Part shown: in pieces, positions 49,591 through 63,049 of the stretch
Layout: every line of letters begins with the position of its first letter
Numbering within the stretch: the stretch's first letter is position 1
Assembly: GCA_013265495.1 (NCBI GenBank)
Contig: MU058687.1
Location: 3,288,001-3,352,000, forward strand
Reading direction: 5' to 3'
Length of the DNA stretch: 64,000 nt
Source of the DNA: Vicugna vicugna
Lineage: Eukaryota
The notes under the pieces: generated by a model
The model's database searches: none
Seen by the model: the letters and a program-made list of their open reading frames with translations, nothing else
What the model was told of the DNA's origin: nothing
Made by a program: the position numbers and the translations under genes

Positions 49591-51568
49591 AAAAAAATCT
49601 CTGCTTCAAGTTTCTTCGATTCCCTGTGAGATAACTGGAAGTCACAAGGGACTTTTGCCCTGTTTTGTTTTGTTTTGTTTTGTTTTAAACTCCCAAGCCT
49701 CTCTTTACTCTGCCAGTTTTTTTCTTAAAGTTCTGCTTTAGACCCTTTTCTAGTTACGCTTCATGAAGGCAGACTCCCAACTTGATCACTAACTAGTTGT
49801 GTGATCTTGAGCAAGTTAGTTAACTTCTTAACTCAATTTCCCTCGTTTGAAAAATGAGGGTAATAATTGCAACCTTCTTCATAGATTAAGTGTGAAGATA
49901 AAATGACTAAATATATGAACCCTGTTTAGAACAGTATCTGGCACATAGTAAATTCTGTGTTAGTATTTATAATGATTATTTATATTTAAAACCCTAGAAT
50001 AGTATTAGCATATGATAAATGCCTAGGAAGACTAGCTATTATTCAACCATACCCCATTAAAAAAAATCAGCTATTATTAATTGATTCATTCCTTTTTATT
50101 AGAGAGGGTAATGACAAACTTGTGCAAGACTTTCTCTGCTCTGCGATGAACATTTGAGCTGTTTCCAATTTTGAGTTACTAATGAATAATGCAGCTGTGA
50201 ATATTTGCACATCAGTTTCCCTAGGGTACACGTTTAGTCACAGGGTATGTGGACCTTCCTATTTCCAGATATTGCCTAACCGTTTTCCAGAGTGGGTGAT
50301 TCAGTTTATACTCCCACCTCCAACACTTGATATACTCATCATGTAAAATTTTACATCTGGTATGTAACGACAGCATCAATTTTAATTTGCATTTCCATGA
50401 TTACTGATGAGGGGAACGTCTTTGATTTCCTCTTTTGTGAAGTTCCTGTTCAAGTTTCTTGACCATCTCTTCCTGGTTGATAAATCTTTTTCTTGTTGAT
50501 TTGTGAGAATTCTTCATGTGGCTTGGAAACTAGTGCTTTGTTTATTGCAAGTATTTTCTATTGCTCTACCTGTCCTTTTGCTTCAACAATGGTATTTTTT
50601 GATGAATAGAAAATTTTAATTCTCAAGTAAGCAAATTTATGAATCTTTTCTATTATGGTAGTGCTTTTCGTGTCTTGTTTAAGAAATTCTTCCCTGTCTC
50701 AAGGTCTTGAACATGCTTTCCTGTATTATCTTGTAAAAGGCTTATAGTTTCCCCTTCTACACTTAGGTCAATTCCACCTGGAATTGACTATTGTGTGTGA
50801 AGGTGAGATACGAGTGCAATTTCAATTTTTTTCTACATGGATACTCAATTTTATCAGCACCATTTATTTAAAAGTCTGTTCTTTCCTCACTGCTCTGCAG
50901 GCCACCCCTGCCAGATAACAAGTATCCACATGTGTAGGTCATCTTGGGGACTCTTTTTCTATTCTTGTTACAGCAAGTCTTCTCACCTTGCTCTCCTTAT
51001 TTACTAGTGCATTTCATCTTGGCCCTTTACCTTGAGAGTCAGCAGATTAAGTTCCACCAAAAACAAACAAACAAATAAACAAACAAACAACCCCTTCAAA
51101 AACCAAAACCCCAAAACCCCCTAAAAACTAAAAAATAAATAAAATAAAAACAGTTTTCTCAATCACTATACATCTCAAGATCTAACTGGAGGATAGTGGG
51201 CGGGGGCACTTTCTTTTTCCAGCTGGAAGTGAACAAAGAAGCATGTAGATTTAGCTGTGTCTCTTTTATTTGACAGCTGCCTTATACTAGGAACATCAGT
51301 ATGGGGTTGAAAACAGCAGTCAGAGAAGAGCAGAGCCAAAGGAAGTGCTGAGAACAATCAGCCATGTCTTCTGAATCCTTCTTATCTCTGGGTGCTGCGG
51401 CTTTATCAGCTTAACTTGTGGGGTTTTTTGGATACAACTAAAGGCTTCCTAACTTATCCACAGCTATCTTAAATGCAGACTTGAATGTAGACACAAGTAA
51501 AAAGTCCTCTTCATGAAAAGGAAAACAGCTGTTACAAAAACACAAATTTTATTCTACAGGAAGGTAAT

Positions 51569-52024
51569 TGTTGGGGGACACCTGGTGAGGGGCCACTGAC
51601 GCAAGTTGGTAAAAAGAATTAACCAGAAACCAAGAGAAGTTTAAGAACAAAGAAAAAGTTTAGTAGGTACACTGCTACAGGCAACAGCAGGCCACACAAA
51701 CAGGAGGTGACTGTGTGTCTACCGGCGCTAAAGTGCAGGGTCTTTTATTGCGGAAGGGGCTATGAACATAAAGGGACAGGGGAACAGATTTTTGATCAGC
51801 TATAAGTGAGGTAACGGGCTTTGGTATACGGGAGGATAGTGGATTTATGACTCCAGTAAGATGGAAACATGGGATGACATGAGCAAGGTAGTGGAATTTA
51901 TGATTCCGATAAGGAGGAGACATGGGCTGAGACAAGTCATCCTGACCTACAGTGAGGCTAGTCATTTCCCAGGGCTGTTAATTTTGCTAAGGCAAACACC
52001 CGCCAGGAGTTTATCTTCTGAACA
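51569..52024 (-). mobile_element. Putative ERV solo LTR of unassigned family
   Basis: TGTT...AACA termini, about 455 bp, LTR-like composition; no TSD recognised. Confidence 0.4.
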
Positions 52025-53228
52025 GGCACAGGCAGACGCCTAAGGGCTGGAAGTTTGGGGGCCGCAGGCATCAGTTGGCACTGCAGTAATATGTAACAAC
52101 AACAATAATGATGATGATAATGATGATAGTTATCGCTAACATCTGCCAAGCCAGGCACGGTGCTTGGAAATTAACAGATAATATATCATTACATTTATGA
52201 ACTTATTCAATGGCTATGACCTCCAAGTGTTACTCTTTTCCCAGGACCAGAGATGTTAAGCAACTCTCTCAATGTCACACAGCTAACAGGATTCAAAGGT
52301 AGAACTGTCTGGCTCCAAAACACTTACCAATTGCTTTTTCAACTTAGAATTTTTTCTTAAATAGGAACAATTAAATGCTTCTAGAAGAGTAAGGTTTGGG
52401 AAAAAGGGGAATTCTACCTCACTACTGGTAGGAACATAAATGAATAAACTTTCTGGAGAGTAGTTTGACAATCTGTATTAAATACCTGAAAATGTTTTTT
52501 AGTCTTTTAAATACTAATTCTACTTTTGAAAAATAAGTAGTGCCCCCAAATAAAAATTTTCAAGTACGTTTACAGAAGCAAAATTTTTAGCAGCAAAAAT
52601 AGAGTTTTGATTAAACAAATGCTGGGAACTAAAGTACTACTGCAACTAAGAATAATGTTTTCGAATTTTTAATGACAAAAATATACTATCTTAAGTGAAA
52701 GAAGCAGATTGCAAAACAATATTCACAGCAGGATTTCTATTGTATGTATTATTTAAAAGTCAAGAATGATATACTGTAAAATGATGCTAGTGATTATCTC
52801 TGCAGGGTGGGATTATAGATAATTTAAGTTTTCTTCTTTTACTTCTCTGAAATTTTCAAGTTTCAGCCATGAACTTCCATAATATTTTGTTAATGAAAGT
52901 TTCAAAGATATTCAAAAATAGCAAGAACAGGAAAATTTACTACTGGCTGTAACAATTTTCAACACAGGGCCAATCTTGCCCATCCTACCCTTTACCACTT
53001 CCTCCTCCAGATTCCTTTAAAGCAAATCTCAAACATCGTACTTCATTTGTAAAATTTCATCATGTTTCTCTAAAAGATAAGGATTCCTGTTTAAAAACCA
53101 CAACCATAGTACCATTATCATGCCTTAATTAAAAAAATAATTCCTTAATATCATCAAACATCCAGTGTCCAAATTTCCTTGATTATCTTAAAATTGTTTT
53201 ACATGTTTATATGTCCTTGATTTTGATT

Positions 53229-53232
<4 letters not shown>

Positions 53233-53260
<28 letters not shown>
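53233..53260. repeat. (CA)14 microsatellite
   Basis: Perfect CA run. Confidence 0.95.
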
Positions 53261-53265
<5 letters not shown>

Positions 53266-54140
53266 TTTGCTTACTTCAATTGAGATCCAAATAAGTTTTA
53301 TCCATTGTGATTGGTTGGTATCTCTTTTACTTATACGTTCCCCTTCCATCACTTTTATTTTTTTTCATGCAATATTTTGTTAGAGAAATCAGGTCACTTG
53401 CCTTGTACAGTTTTCATAGCTTCTATTTTGTATCTTCGTGATGTTGTGCCTCCTCTATCTGTTTCTTGTAAATTGTTCATTAGATCTAAAGGCCTGATCA
53501 GACTCGGTTTTGTTTGCTTTATTTTTGTGATAGAGTAGGGGGAGGGATAAAGGGACTTCACAGATAGCAGTGTTTACTTGTTAGGAAGATCCAAAGTCTA
53601 GTAGTCTTTCTTGTGATGTTAGCAGTCGTTTATGATCATTGCTACACCCATAAATCATTAGTCATTGCAAATTGGTGATGTTCTATTATTCCTTTTCCAT
53701 GTATTAGCTGGAATACTGCTCTGAAAGAGAGTTTTCCCTTCATCAGCTATTTGATTACCCTTTGGAACAGATTACAAAAGAAAGAGAATGAATGTTGATT
53801 CTTTCTCTTTAATGATCAGTTTTAAAAATAATTAGGTTGTTTCCTAGCATTCTCCCGAGGTGACCATTTTTTTTTTGGAGTATCATAAACTTTATGGAGT
53901 TAAACATATTTGATATGCTTAAATTCATTGATGTTTTTAGTCAACTGATAATCAAATTGTCCCATCTTTAGCAAGTGAGAGGCTCTCTATGTTGACTTCT
54001 GAATCCTTTTGACCCAATCCCAGTAGTGTCTGATAACTTCCATGCTTTCTGGTATGACAAGATATTCCAGGATCATCTTACACATTTCCATCCCCAGATC
54101 TGAAATAAGTCATAAAATATACCCTCTGAGGAACACTGCC

Positions 54141-54185
54141 AGATAGGTAGGTAGGTAGGTAGATAGATAGACAGACAGATAGATA
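54141..54185. repeat. Compound tetranucleotide repeat (GGTA/GATA/GACA)
   Basis: AGATAGGTAGGTAGGTAGGTAGATAGATAGACAGACAGATAGATA. Confidence 0.9.
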
Positions 54186-56789
54186 AAGAGTGGGGAGGAG
54201 GGGTTATACCTTAAAAGATTGCACCTTGGAATTTACTTCTGAGAATTAAACCACATTTAAACAATTTAGTGTTTCTCTTTTTCTGATTTCAAAAGGATTT
54301 TATTCTCTGTGGAAAGTTTTAAAAATAGAAAAGCAAACAGAAGAAAATAAAAACCACCTGTGGCAATTCTATAATTCAGAGATAATTTCCATGAAGTTGC
54401 TGTATATCTTTCCAGATTTCTAAAGGACACTTCAATTGCTCCTTTTTTTTTTTTTTTTTGCCAGCAGACACCATCAGTGACTTGCCTGGGGTCTCTCAGC
54501 AAGTAAGGGAGAGTCCACATGGGAACCCAGCTGCTGAATCCTGAACTTCATTACGCTCCATTGTAGCAGGAACAGAGGGGCTCCCTGCTCCCCGCAGTAT
54601 GACTTTACACATTTGTCTATATAGCACTTTTAAAACTGATTGTAAAATTAAAAAAACAAAACTGTGTCTAACACCAAACTATTGACTTCTCAGCAGTGGA
54701 GGGACATCATCTTATTTGCATCAGTATCCTCAAAATGAGGTCTGGCATTTAATAGTGGCTCAGTACCCGGATCGTGGTAGACCCCCCAATAATTGTTTCT
54801 TCCAGGCAGGAAGTAGGAGACGACTAGGTCTCCACAGCCTCACAGAACTGAATTGCAGGTGTTCTAGATTTTCCCAGGCTGACCTGGTTTTCTCCCAAAG
54901 AAACAGTCTGTAGCACTCTAGTGTTCAAGAAACAAGATACCTTCTTGAAGACATGATGTAGGAATGTGGGGGGGTGTGACCTTCCAGACATTTCCTGGCG
55001 AGGCAGCTCCCTTCAGCCCATCAATTTTCAGCAGAATGAGGCAGCTGTGAGCTGTTAGAGGCCAACACTCAGAGCAGCTAAGTGACTGGCATACTGGCCT
55101 GGTCAAGGGGACCTGGCCAGGACACTAACCATGTGCACCACACCACCTAAAGATTATCTACTGTGCCAGCAGGGGCGCATCGTTTTGAAAGTCTGGGTGT
55201 AGAAAATGGCATGGTGAATGCAGTGCGTTAGGTGGTGCATTTTGGAAAGTCTTTGAGGGGGAGGAGTCTGGAGGAAGGGGGACAGAATGGAAGTCCGTGG
55301 AAAAGTCTAGACATGGGCTGTGTGGGGAGCTTGACAGTGCTTGCGGGGATAGGAGTGGCAAGGAAGAGAAAGAAGGGAAGGGTTATGGAAGGAAGTGTCA
55401 CTAGGCTGAATGAGTGGTGAGGGGGCGAGGAGAATGAAGGAAAATGGATGACTTGGGTTAGAACCGGGGGCCTGGAGAAGAGCAGTACCTGGGCAGGCAA
55501 AGAGGCTCACCAGGGTCAGGAAGATTCTTGCTCCTTCTGTTGAGACCAAGAGAGCTATTCTCTAGCACAAATGTTTGTGGAAATATTCCTCCTTTACTTT
55601 TGTCTGAAATATCCATTGTTAAAAAATAAGGATTTGCTCCCTTGCAGATTTTAGCGAAAAGGGCAGGATAGGTGGATGTCAAACCCATCTGCCTCCTCTT
55701 CCTACAGAAATGCCAACCCACCCACCTGCCCCACGAGCAGGGTAGGGCCAGGGTGTCAATAACTCTCAGGCAAAACTGTGAGACCTTCTCCTCTTTTAGG
55801 TTTGAAATAATCCTAGACATGAGTCACATTTGCAATTGCCTTTCTTTCTGATGAGAGGGTCCTCGCTGCCTCCGCTGCCCTCCCTTCTTGGCAACAGAAG
55901 GGTGGTGGGAGATGAAATTTCTCAGGAAAACTAAAAAAGACACAAAGATCCCCAGTCTCCATCTCATGTGAGCCAAGATATTCTTTGGGCGAAGAGGGTC
56001 AGTGCAGACAAAGGCACTCTGATCACTTGCCATGGTTTCTGTCTCTAATTATAGAAAGTATTTAGCTATTGTTCCTTAATTGCTTGCTGCAGTTGGGTTT
56101 GAACATTGTTGGGTTTTTTTTTCTGTTTTATTTTTTCCTTTTTTTTTTTTTTTTTTTAAACAAAAGCCTGGTATCTAACGAGTTGTTCTTTTCTCTTTTT
56201 TCCTGCCCCTGGCTGTTCCACTGGAGAACTGAAGGAGGTGGTATGGTACTTCTGGAGAGAAGCTACTCTAACCCATCTCACAGCTCTCATGGCTTCCCCT
56301 CTCTTCCTCCCAGTTGCCTAATAGAGAGTAAGGGAATTCACAGTTACTGAGCATCTATTTAGAATGTGCCAGGCATTGTACAAAGCCCTTGCATAGGTTG
56401 TCTTATTCAATCAGCAAGGCTGCGGGGCAGATATTATCTTCCTCAGTTGACAGATGAGGAATCTAAGGCACAGGAAGTTCTCACAGCCAGTAAGTAGCTG
56501 AGCCAGGATTCAAATCCAGGTGTGTCTGACTCCGTGTTGCCTCTCTTAAAACAGTCTGAGAATTTTATAGACTTTGGCTAACAGAATGTTGGTACTGATG
56601 CTCCCACCACCACAGGAGAATTGGGGAATTCCGCCCCTTCACCCTGAAAAGTGTGTATTTCTAGGTCCTCTGGTGAGGAGGATGCCTGCAGGACTCTGAA
56701 AGGAGGTCTGGGAGTCCTGTGCTGGTTTATGATATGTGGAGAGATGGTGGCAATGACAAGGAGGAGAGCCACCTCACCCACTCCCTGGG

Positions 56790-57305
56790 GGCTGCAGCAG
56801 TTGCAGTCCTATGGGAAACAGATGTACTTTCAAGGGTTTAAATCCAGAACACAGAACAAATGGACTGCTTAGAGGAGGCGTGGGCAGTTAAGGAAACCAA
56901 GAAGCAGTGGGGAAGCAGCTGGGCACTACTATAGCAGGAAGCCATCACCACCACTAAGTCTAAAGGGGTGTGCTGTGGGAGTGGTGTTCCTGCAGTCCAG
57001 TGGGAGCTGGGGCTAGGGCAGAGTGCCCGACAGGAGTTGTGGCAGGAAAAGACACAGCCCCTGTCAGAAGGCAGACAGGAAGGGCAGAAGCACACACTGG
57101 AAGATGTGTGCACGGACTTTCACGCCTCTCTCTCCTTTGGCAACCCCCCATCCTATCACTCTTACCATTGGCCAAACTCAGCAAGAAGACAGAGGGCAGG
57201 GGAGCCCTGGGCTCACAGCCTGTGCTGGTCAGCCTCTTGGGCACAGGGCAGGCAAAGAAGGGTGGAGAAAGGACCTTGGGGAGAATACAGAAGATATTCA
57301 GCACA
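56790..57305 (-). mobile_element. LTR33-like ERVL LTR
   Basis: CCATTGGCCAAACTCAGCAAGAAGACAGAGGGCAGGGGAGCCC...GGTCAGCCTCTTGGGCACAG...GATATTCAGCACA; explains the cluster of overlapping spurious ORFs. Confidence 0.65.
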
Positions 57306-59059
57306 GGGCTCACTCAAACAGGCCCTCCACGTCAGTCTCTAGGAGACTGCTAGGATATTGCTTACAGACTCAAAAAATCACAGAATTCAAACATTGGAAG
57401 AGCCCTTAGAGTTCTGCCCATAAAGTCCCTTTACTTTACAAAAGAGGATCCTGAATTTCAGGGAGGGAAAATGACAGGTCCACGGTCAGCAGCCAGTTAG
57501 TAGCACAGGCAGGATTGGAACCCAGCTCCCTAACTCCCAGTCCATCCTGCCTCCTAACCTGAGAGCTCTGGTCAATTAATGGTTGATAGTAAAGGATTCT
57601 TGCTGAGCCAGCCTGCCTATTTCCTGTTAAAACTGTTCAAAGACCTCAGGGTGTAGTTTCCTTTGCCCCAGACTTCTACCTCAAATGATTCCCTCTCTAA
57701 ATACATCTGTGATCAGAGTGGGCTGGCCATTCCAGAGTGTGGGCTCTGGAGTCAGACTCATGGGGTGGAATCCCGGCACTGCCCTTCAGTGTGATCTTGG
57801 ACAAGTTACTTAACTTTGTGCCTTAGTTTGCTCAACAATGAAATGAGATTAATAATGGTATCTATCTTATGTATCATGAGGGTTATATGAGAAAATGTAC
57901 ACACTTAAAGCACTTAGACTAGCATCTGGCAATGATAAGTGCTGTGGATAAATGATAGCATATATGTACATATAATATTTATTTGAATATACAGATGTAT
58001 GGGATATGTATTCCAATAAATTTATTTGGAATTCTGGTTAAGAATTTATATGGTTTTTACCCTTACCAAGATATATATATTAGCTGTTTTTCACTAGGGA
58101 TTCTTCCTCTCTCCTTTGACAGATAAGAAAACCGAAGGGTATGTCAGTTGGATTTCAATAAAGCTGAAAAAAAAACAATAAAAAAATCCTGTAGGGCCTG
58201 GGTGATGTGCCTTTTGTGGGAGTCCCAGCCAGTCAGAGGCAGATAAGAAATACCCATTCTCCATATCACTCCAGATCTGGGATGGAAATTAATTCCAGAT
58301 TACACACCTTGATTTACTTCCTCCCAGGTATTAAAAAAAATCCCTTTAGCCTTCCATCAAGTCCAGGCCAGTCTGACTACCTTATGGGGCAGGCCCAGCA
58401 GGTTTTATGTCATGGTCATTGATACTGAGAAGTGTCAGCTGGTCTTGCTCTCCCTCACTCACCCCTGACTTCTGCCCTTACTCCTGAGTACACAAACATA
58501 TATGGCATATGGATTGGTCTCTGATTCTCTGGCAGTTGCTAAACTGCCCTCTGGGGTAGCTGGATCCTGCCTTCTGGCCCTGGGTCTGAGGGGAATGCCT
58601 TTATCCTGCTGGAAAATTCTGTCCTGGGCAGGTGCTAACACAAGCTTCGGTCCTCCAGCCCGTGCTTCCTTCTGCTGCTGCTTCTGTGGATGTGGCTGGA
58701 CCCCTGTGGGGCACTGCTCTCCCTTGGGATGCTGCTGGGAGCCCATGCAGCGTTCCTGCTTCCTTCACCACAGGCCCTAAGCCTTTCCCCCATCTGCACA
58801 GAACACAGTTCCCTTATCACTTCCTCTGCAGTGCTCTTGTCTTGCTGCCTTAAGGAAGAACCTTGCACTTCGGTTTTTCTTCCTTTCCCTCTGTTTGGCT
58901 ATGTGATGCTTTCTCCCAGATGGTTCACCTCTGGGACAAGCCACTGAGCATCCTGAATGAAAACCTCTCTTGGACAGTGTTCTAAATATTCAATTTATCA
59001 ACCCCAGGCCTTGCTGTAGCAATACAGCTGGGTCTCTGGCAGGTTCTGGAATAAGTTAG

Positions 59060-60120
59060 TTGCTTCCCTTAATGGCTTTGGTTGCTCAGTGCATTTTCTA
59101 TTTAGTTTCTCTAGTCATACTTCATCTCAATTTAAAACTCTTCAATGGTTTCCTAGTATGTGCCCTTGGACTGAAATCCAAACTGATGAGTCCTCCAAAG
59201 CCCTGTGTGGCCAAGCCCCTGCTTGCCTCTCCTACCTCCTCCCACATTGTTCTCTCTGCTCAGTCACACTGTGTTCCCTTCTGTTCCTCAAACATGCCAA
59301 GCTCTTTCCTACCCCTGGACCTTTGCACTCGCTGTTCCCTCTACTTGGAACATGCTTTCTCATCTTCTCCACGGCTGACTTCCTCATCAATTGGGTTGCA
59401 GCTTCCTCAAAGAGGCCTTGAGTGACTACTGTATCCAAAGATGCAATCTCTGGCCTCTGTCCAGTTACTCTTTACCACACTCCCCTGCTTCCTTCCTTCA
59501 CAGGGTTTATTACATCATTCAACTATCCTGTTATTTCCTTGCTTGTCTGTTGTCTGTCTCCTCCTCCCCCATCTCAGTCAAATGACACTCTGCGAGGGCA
59601 AGAACCTTCCCTGTTTTGTTCCACCATATCCCCTGCACCTAGTACCTACTGTGTGCCAGACACTGTTCTAGGCACTGTGGATCTAAATCCCTGCTCTCAT
59701 GGAGCTTACATTCTAGTAGAGGAGACAGAGAAAAGCTGTCTTAAACAAATGAATGATATAATTTTAAGTATTGATTATTTCAAATAATGAGTACTATAAT
59801 AAATAAAACAGTATAAGGAGATAGAGTATGTCTCAGGGAACATGGAGGGGTGGTGGTGGTTAGATAAGGGTGATCAGAGATGGCCTCTCTGGAGGGGTGA
59901 CATTGGAAGAGGGAACAGGTGGCTGGGAAGTTATGGAGGAACAGCAAGGGTACAGGCCTCAAGGCAGTAGCGAACTTGGCAGGTTGAGGAACAGAAAGGA
60001 AGCTGGTGTGGCTGGAGTGGTGTGAGCTGGGGCAGAGAAGGGTAAGACACAGGCTGGAGACAAAGGGAAGGTTGGTAAAGAGTTTGGGTTTTCTTTTAAG
60101 TGTGATAGTGAGGTGGGAAG
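59060..60120. mobile_element. L2 fragments (plus then minus orientation)
   Basis: AAAACTCTTCAATGGTTTCC...CCTTTGCACTCGCTGTTCCCTCT, then TGTGTGCCAGACACTGTTCTAGGCACTG...TGGAGCTTACATTCTAG. Confidence 0.7.
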
Positions 60121-60129
60121 CCCCATAAA

Positions 60130-60747
60130 AAGACTGGCAGGACACCCCAGGCAGGGCCGCTACTCTCCTGCCAGCACCATCCGGTACCCTGGCCCAGAGG
60201 CTCTATCTCACTTTTTTGCCTCTGAAACAGCTTACTTACCCCTAAAATTCTATTGGTTCCCTGAGCTCACTCCTGATTGGTTATTTCCTTCACTCCTGAT
60301 TGGTCCATTTCCCTAACTTCTGATTGGTCCATTTGTAGTACTTCATTTGCATGGAGCTCACTCCTGATTAGTTATTTCTCTCATTCCTAATTGGTCCATT
60401 TCCCTCACTCCTAATTGGTTATTTCTGTCCCTCCTGATTAGTCCATTTCTACAAAGCTTGCTCCTAATTAGTCAACTTCTGCTATACCTTATTTGCATAT
60501 AATGTAACAAAGTGTAAACTGGCAGCCTATAAAAGTCTGTGTAAACCTACAGATGGGTCCAGAGCTTGGAGCACTAACTCCTCTGGGCCCGCTGGTGTAA
60601 TAAACCTGAGTTCTCCAACTCTCTGAGTGCTGCTTGGTCTCTCGCCCAGATCCAGGTTGCTGTCACAACCAAGCTGTAACATTGAGCTATAACACTGAGC
60701 TGTAACACATTTTTTCTGCAACATTTCGACACATCTGCACAGCAACA
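60130..60747 (+). mobile_element. ERV LTR with internal tandem CCAAT array (artiodactyl-type, family unassigned)
   Basis: U3-R-U5 order: about 24-bp repeats 60250-60473, TATAAAA 60528-60534, AATAAA 60599-60604, GAGCTGTAACA-like repeats, ends CAACA (60723 or 60747); 5' end unclear. Confidence 0.75.
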
Positions 60748-60938
60748 TTCAGTTTCCAAAGCACACACATCATCTCACTTGATCTGCACAAGAATCTCTG
60801 AGGTAGGTAGGATAGATGATAGTTAATATCTTTTATCAAGAAGGGAATCACCATTTTATCATTTTACTAAGAAGAAAGTGAAAGCTCTGCAAATTAGAAA
60901 ACTTGCTTTAAGTGCAAACAAGATTCTGTGACTCTAAA

Positions 60939-61100
60939 TCAGTGGTGTTTAACCTTGGCTATGCATGAAAATCCTCTGGGGCGCTTTATAACTTTCATTC
61001 GGGTTTCATCCCCAGAAAATGGATTTAAGAGGTTCAGGGTGTGGCCCAGGAGGATTGTTAAAGCTTTCTAGGTGATTCTACGGGGCTAGAACCACTGCTT
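60939..61100. mobile_element. MER5-like hAT element
   Basis: CAGTGGT...AGGTGATTCTA...AGAACCACTG inverted termini. Confidence 0.65.
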
Positions 61101-63049
61101 TCCATCTACCCACATTTCACTACATGAACTGCCTTCTCAACAGAGCCTTTCCACTAAGATGTCCATTAAAACCACCAGGGAAGCTTTTTAAGAATTTTGG
61201 AGGCCCAGATTACACACTAGACCCTAAAATCAGAATTTTAGGGGAGAGGTCTCAGGCACTGGCTTATTTACAAGTGCCTCACTTGCCTACTGCTTGGAGC
61301 TTCCCACAGTTATTATTTTACTTATCCTATCTGCTGCTGTCTCCTGTTCTGTTTCCTTTGGATTTTTATTATAAAAGTTACACACACATCCACTGTAAAA
61401 AATTTTAAATATTACAAAAGTGTAGAGTATAAACTGAAAGTGCTATAGCCCCCCTGCCCCATTCCCCATTCCTCAGGGTTAGTTGCTAGCCTGCTACTAA
61501 CAATTTCATAAAGTTTCAATTAGAGTAACCATACATATTAAGTTTTTAATATATTTTCTCTCTGGGTGGTTTTAAATTTTCCATTTTTAATTTAAATATC
61601 TTTATGTCTTTTACTATATTCCACATCTTTATGCTTTTTTATATGACTTTCCCTGGGCTGCTCTCCAACACCCTTCTCCCGAGGAACCCCTATTCAACTT
61701 TTGATTCTCAGCCTGTAAGTCAGATCTTAGTTTACAAAGCATTCAAAATGTCCTGGGAAAAATTAGTACTCTCTTTTTTGTGTTCCTATACCACTTTGTC
61801 CATATCTCTGACACTTCTCACACCACGTGAAAATTATTCATTTTTTTAACACCTATACATTGCAAACTCAAGTTGGTGGGGGCTGCATTATGCGACTCTA
61901 TACTACTATTAGCTTTTGCTACAGTTGTCCCAGTTAATGGCTTGACCTTTCTCTTTATGCATTTCTATGAGAAAACTTCTTAACTTTAATGTAATCCAAA
62001 TTTATCAAAGTTTTCTATACTGTGCTTATGTCATTTAATAAACCCTACCCTGAGGTCGTAGGATGTTTTCCTTTATTTTCTTTTCAAAAGTTCTTTAAAA
62101 AAAATTGATGTATAGTCGGTTACAATGTGTCAATTTCTGGTGTACAGTATGTCCCAGTCATGTACATACATACATATATTCTTTTTCATATTCTTTTTCA
62201 ATAAAGGTTATTACACAATATTCTTTCAAAAATTCTGATTTTTATTTTTCCCTTTAAATTCTTTTACCTACTTGGAACTAGTTTTTGTGTGGGGGGTGAT
62301 TTAGGGATCCAACAGATAACTAGTTGTTTCAGCTCATATACTGAATAATCTATCTTTCCTTATTGACTTATAATGCCAGCTCTGTCATACATCAAGATTC
62401 CACATATGCCTGGATCTGTTTCTAGGCTCTCTAGGCTGTTCGATTTTTCCCTGCTGCCTATCCTATGGTCTTAATTTTTACGGTTTTATAATAAATGTTG
62501 CTATATGGAAGGGCAAGTCCTTGAAACATATTACTTTTCTTCAAGAATGTTTCGCCTATGCTTTGCTCTTTGTTTTTCCACATAAATTTTAGACTAGCTT
62601 GTGAAGGCCTAGAAAAAAATCCTGTTCGAAACTTTATTGGAATTGCATTGATTGGTAGATGAATCTTCCGCCCTGTCTCTATCCCCTGACGAAGTCGCTC
62701 AGGAGATGAAGGTCTGATGATTGTCTCCAAAGTATGTATTTTAAACAAAGTACATCTTATTCAATAAATAGAAGTCAATGAATTAATGAACGAGGGACAA
62801 AGATGGCTAAGATTGGTCAGTACTTTCTTATCATTCAGCAACTATCACTTAAGTTCTTCCTTGCCTGTTCTAATACATTATTTAAAATACACAAATCCAT
62901 TAACTCCATCCTCCACTGAACGTAAATCTATGAGCAATTTGGAAAGCCTCTTGAAAGTAAGTTTTCAAGAAGACTCCATGTCCCCAGACCAGTCAAAGGG
63001 ATTGGCTACCTGACAGGTAAAGTGTCTGTGACCCCTCTGCCTCCCCGTT

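Noticed and set aside
55164..55179. CTCF-like CCAGCAGGGGCGC
   Set aside because: One base short of the core consensus spacing; not supportable without a PWM scan or ChIP data.
56838..57409. Cluster of five overlapping 91-128 aa ORFs
   Set aside because: Falls in a GC-rich LTR33-like element; no recognisable protein.
58502..58780. Cys-rich 92-aa ORF resembling KRTAP or metallothionein
   Set aside because: Cys run comes from (TGC)n low-complexity sequence; no family motif periodicity; several overlapping ORFs on both strands indicate stop-poor composition.
60250..60473. Direct-repeat array as CRISPR
   Set aside because: Degenerate adjacent units with no unique spacers, inside a mammalian LTR, and no cas genes.
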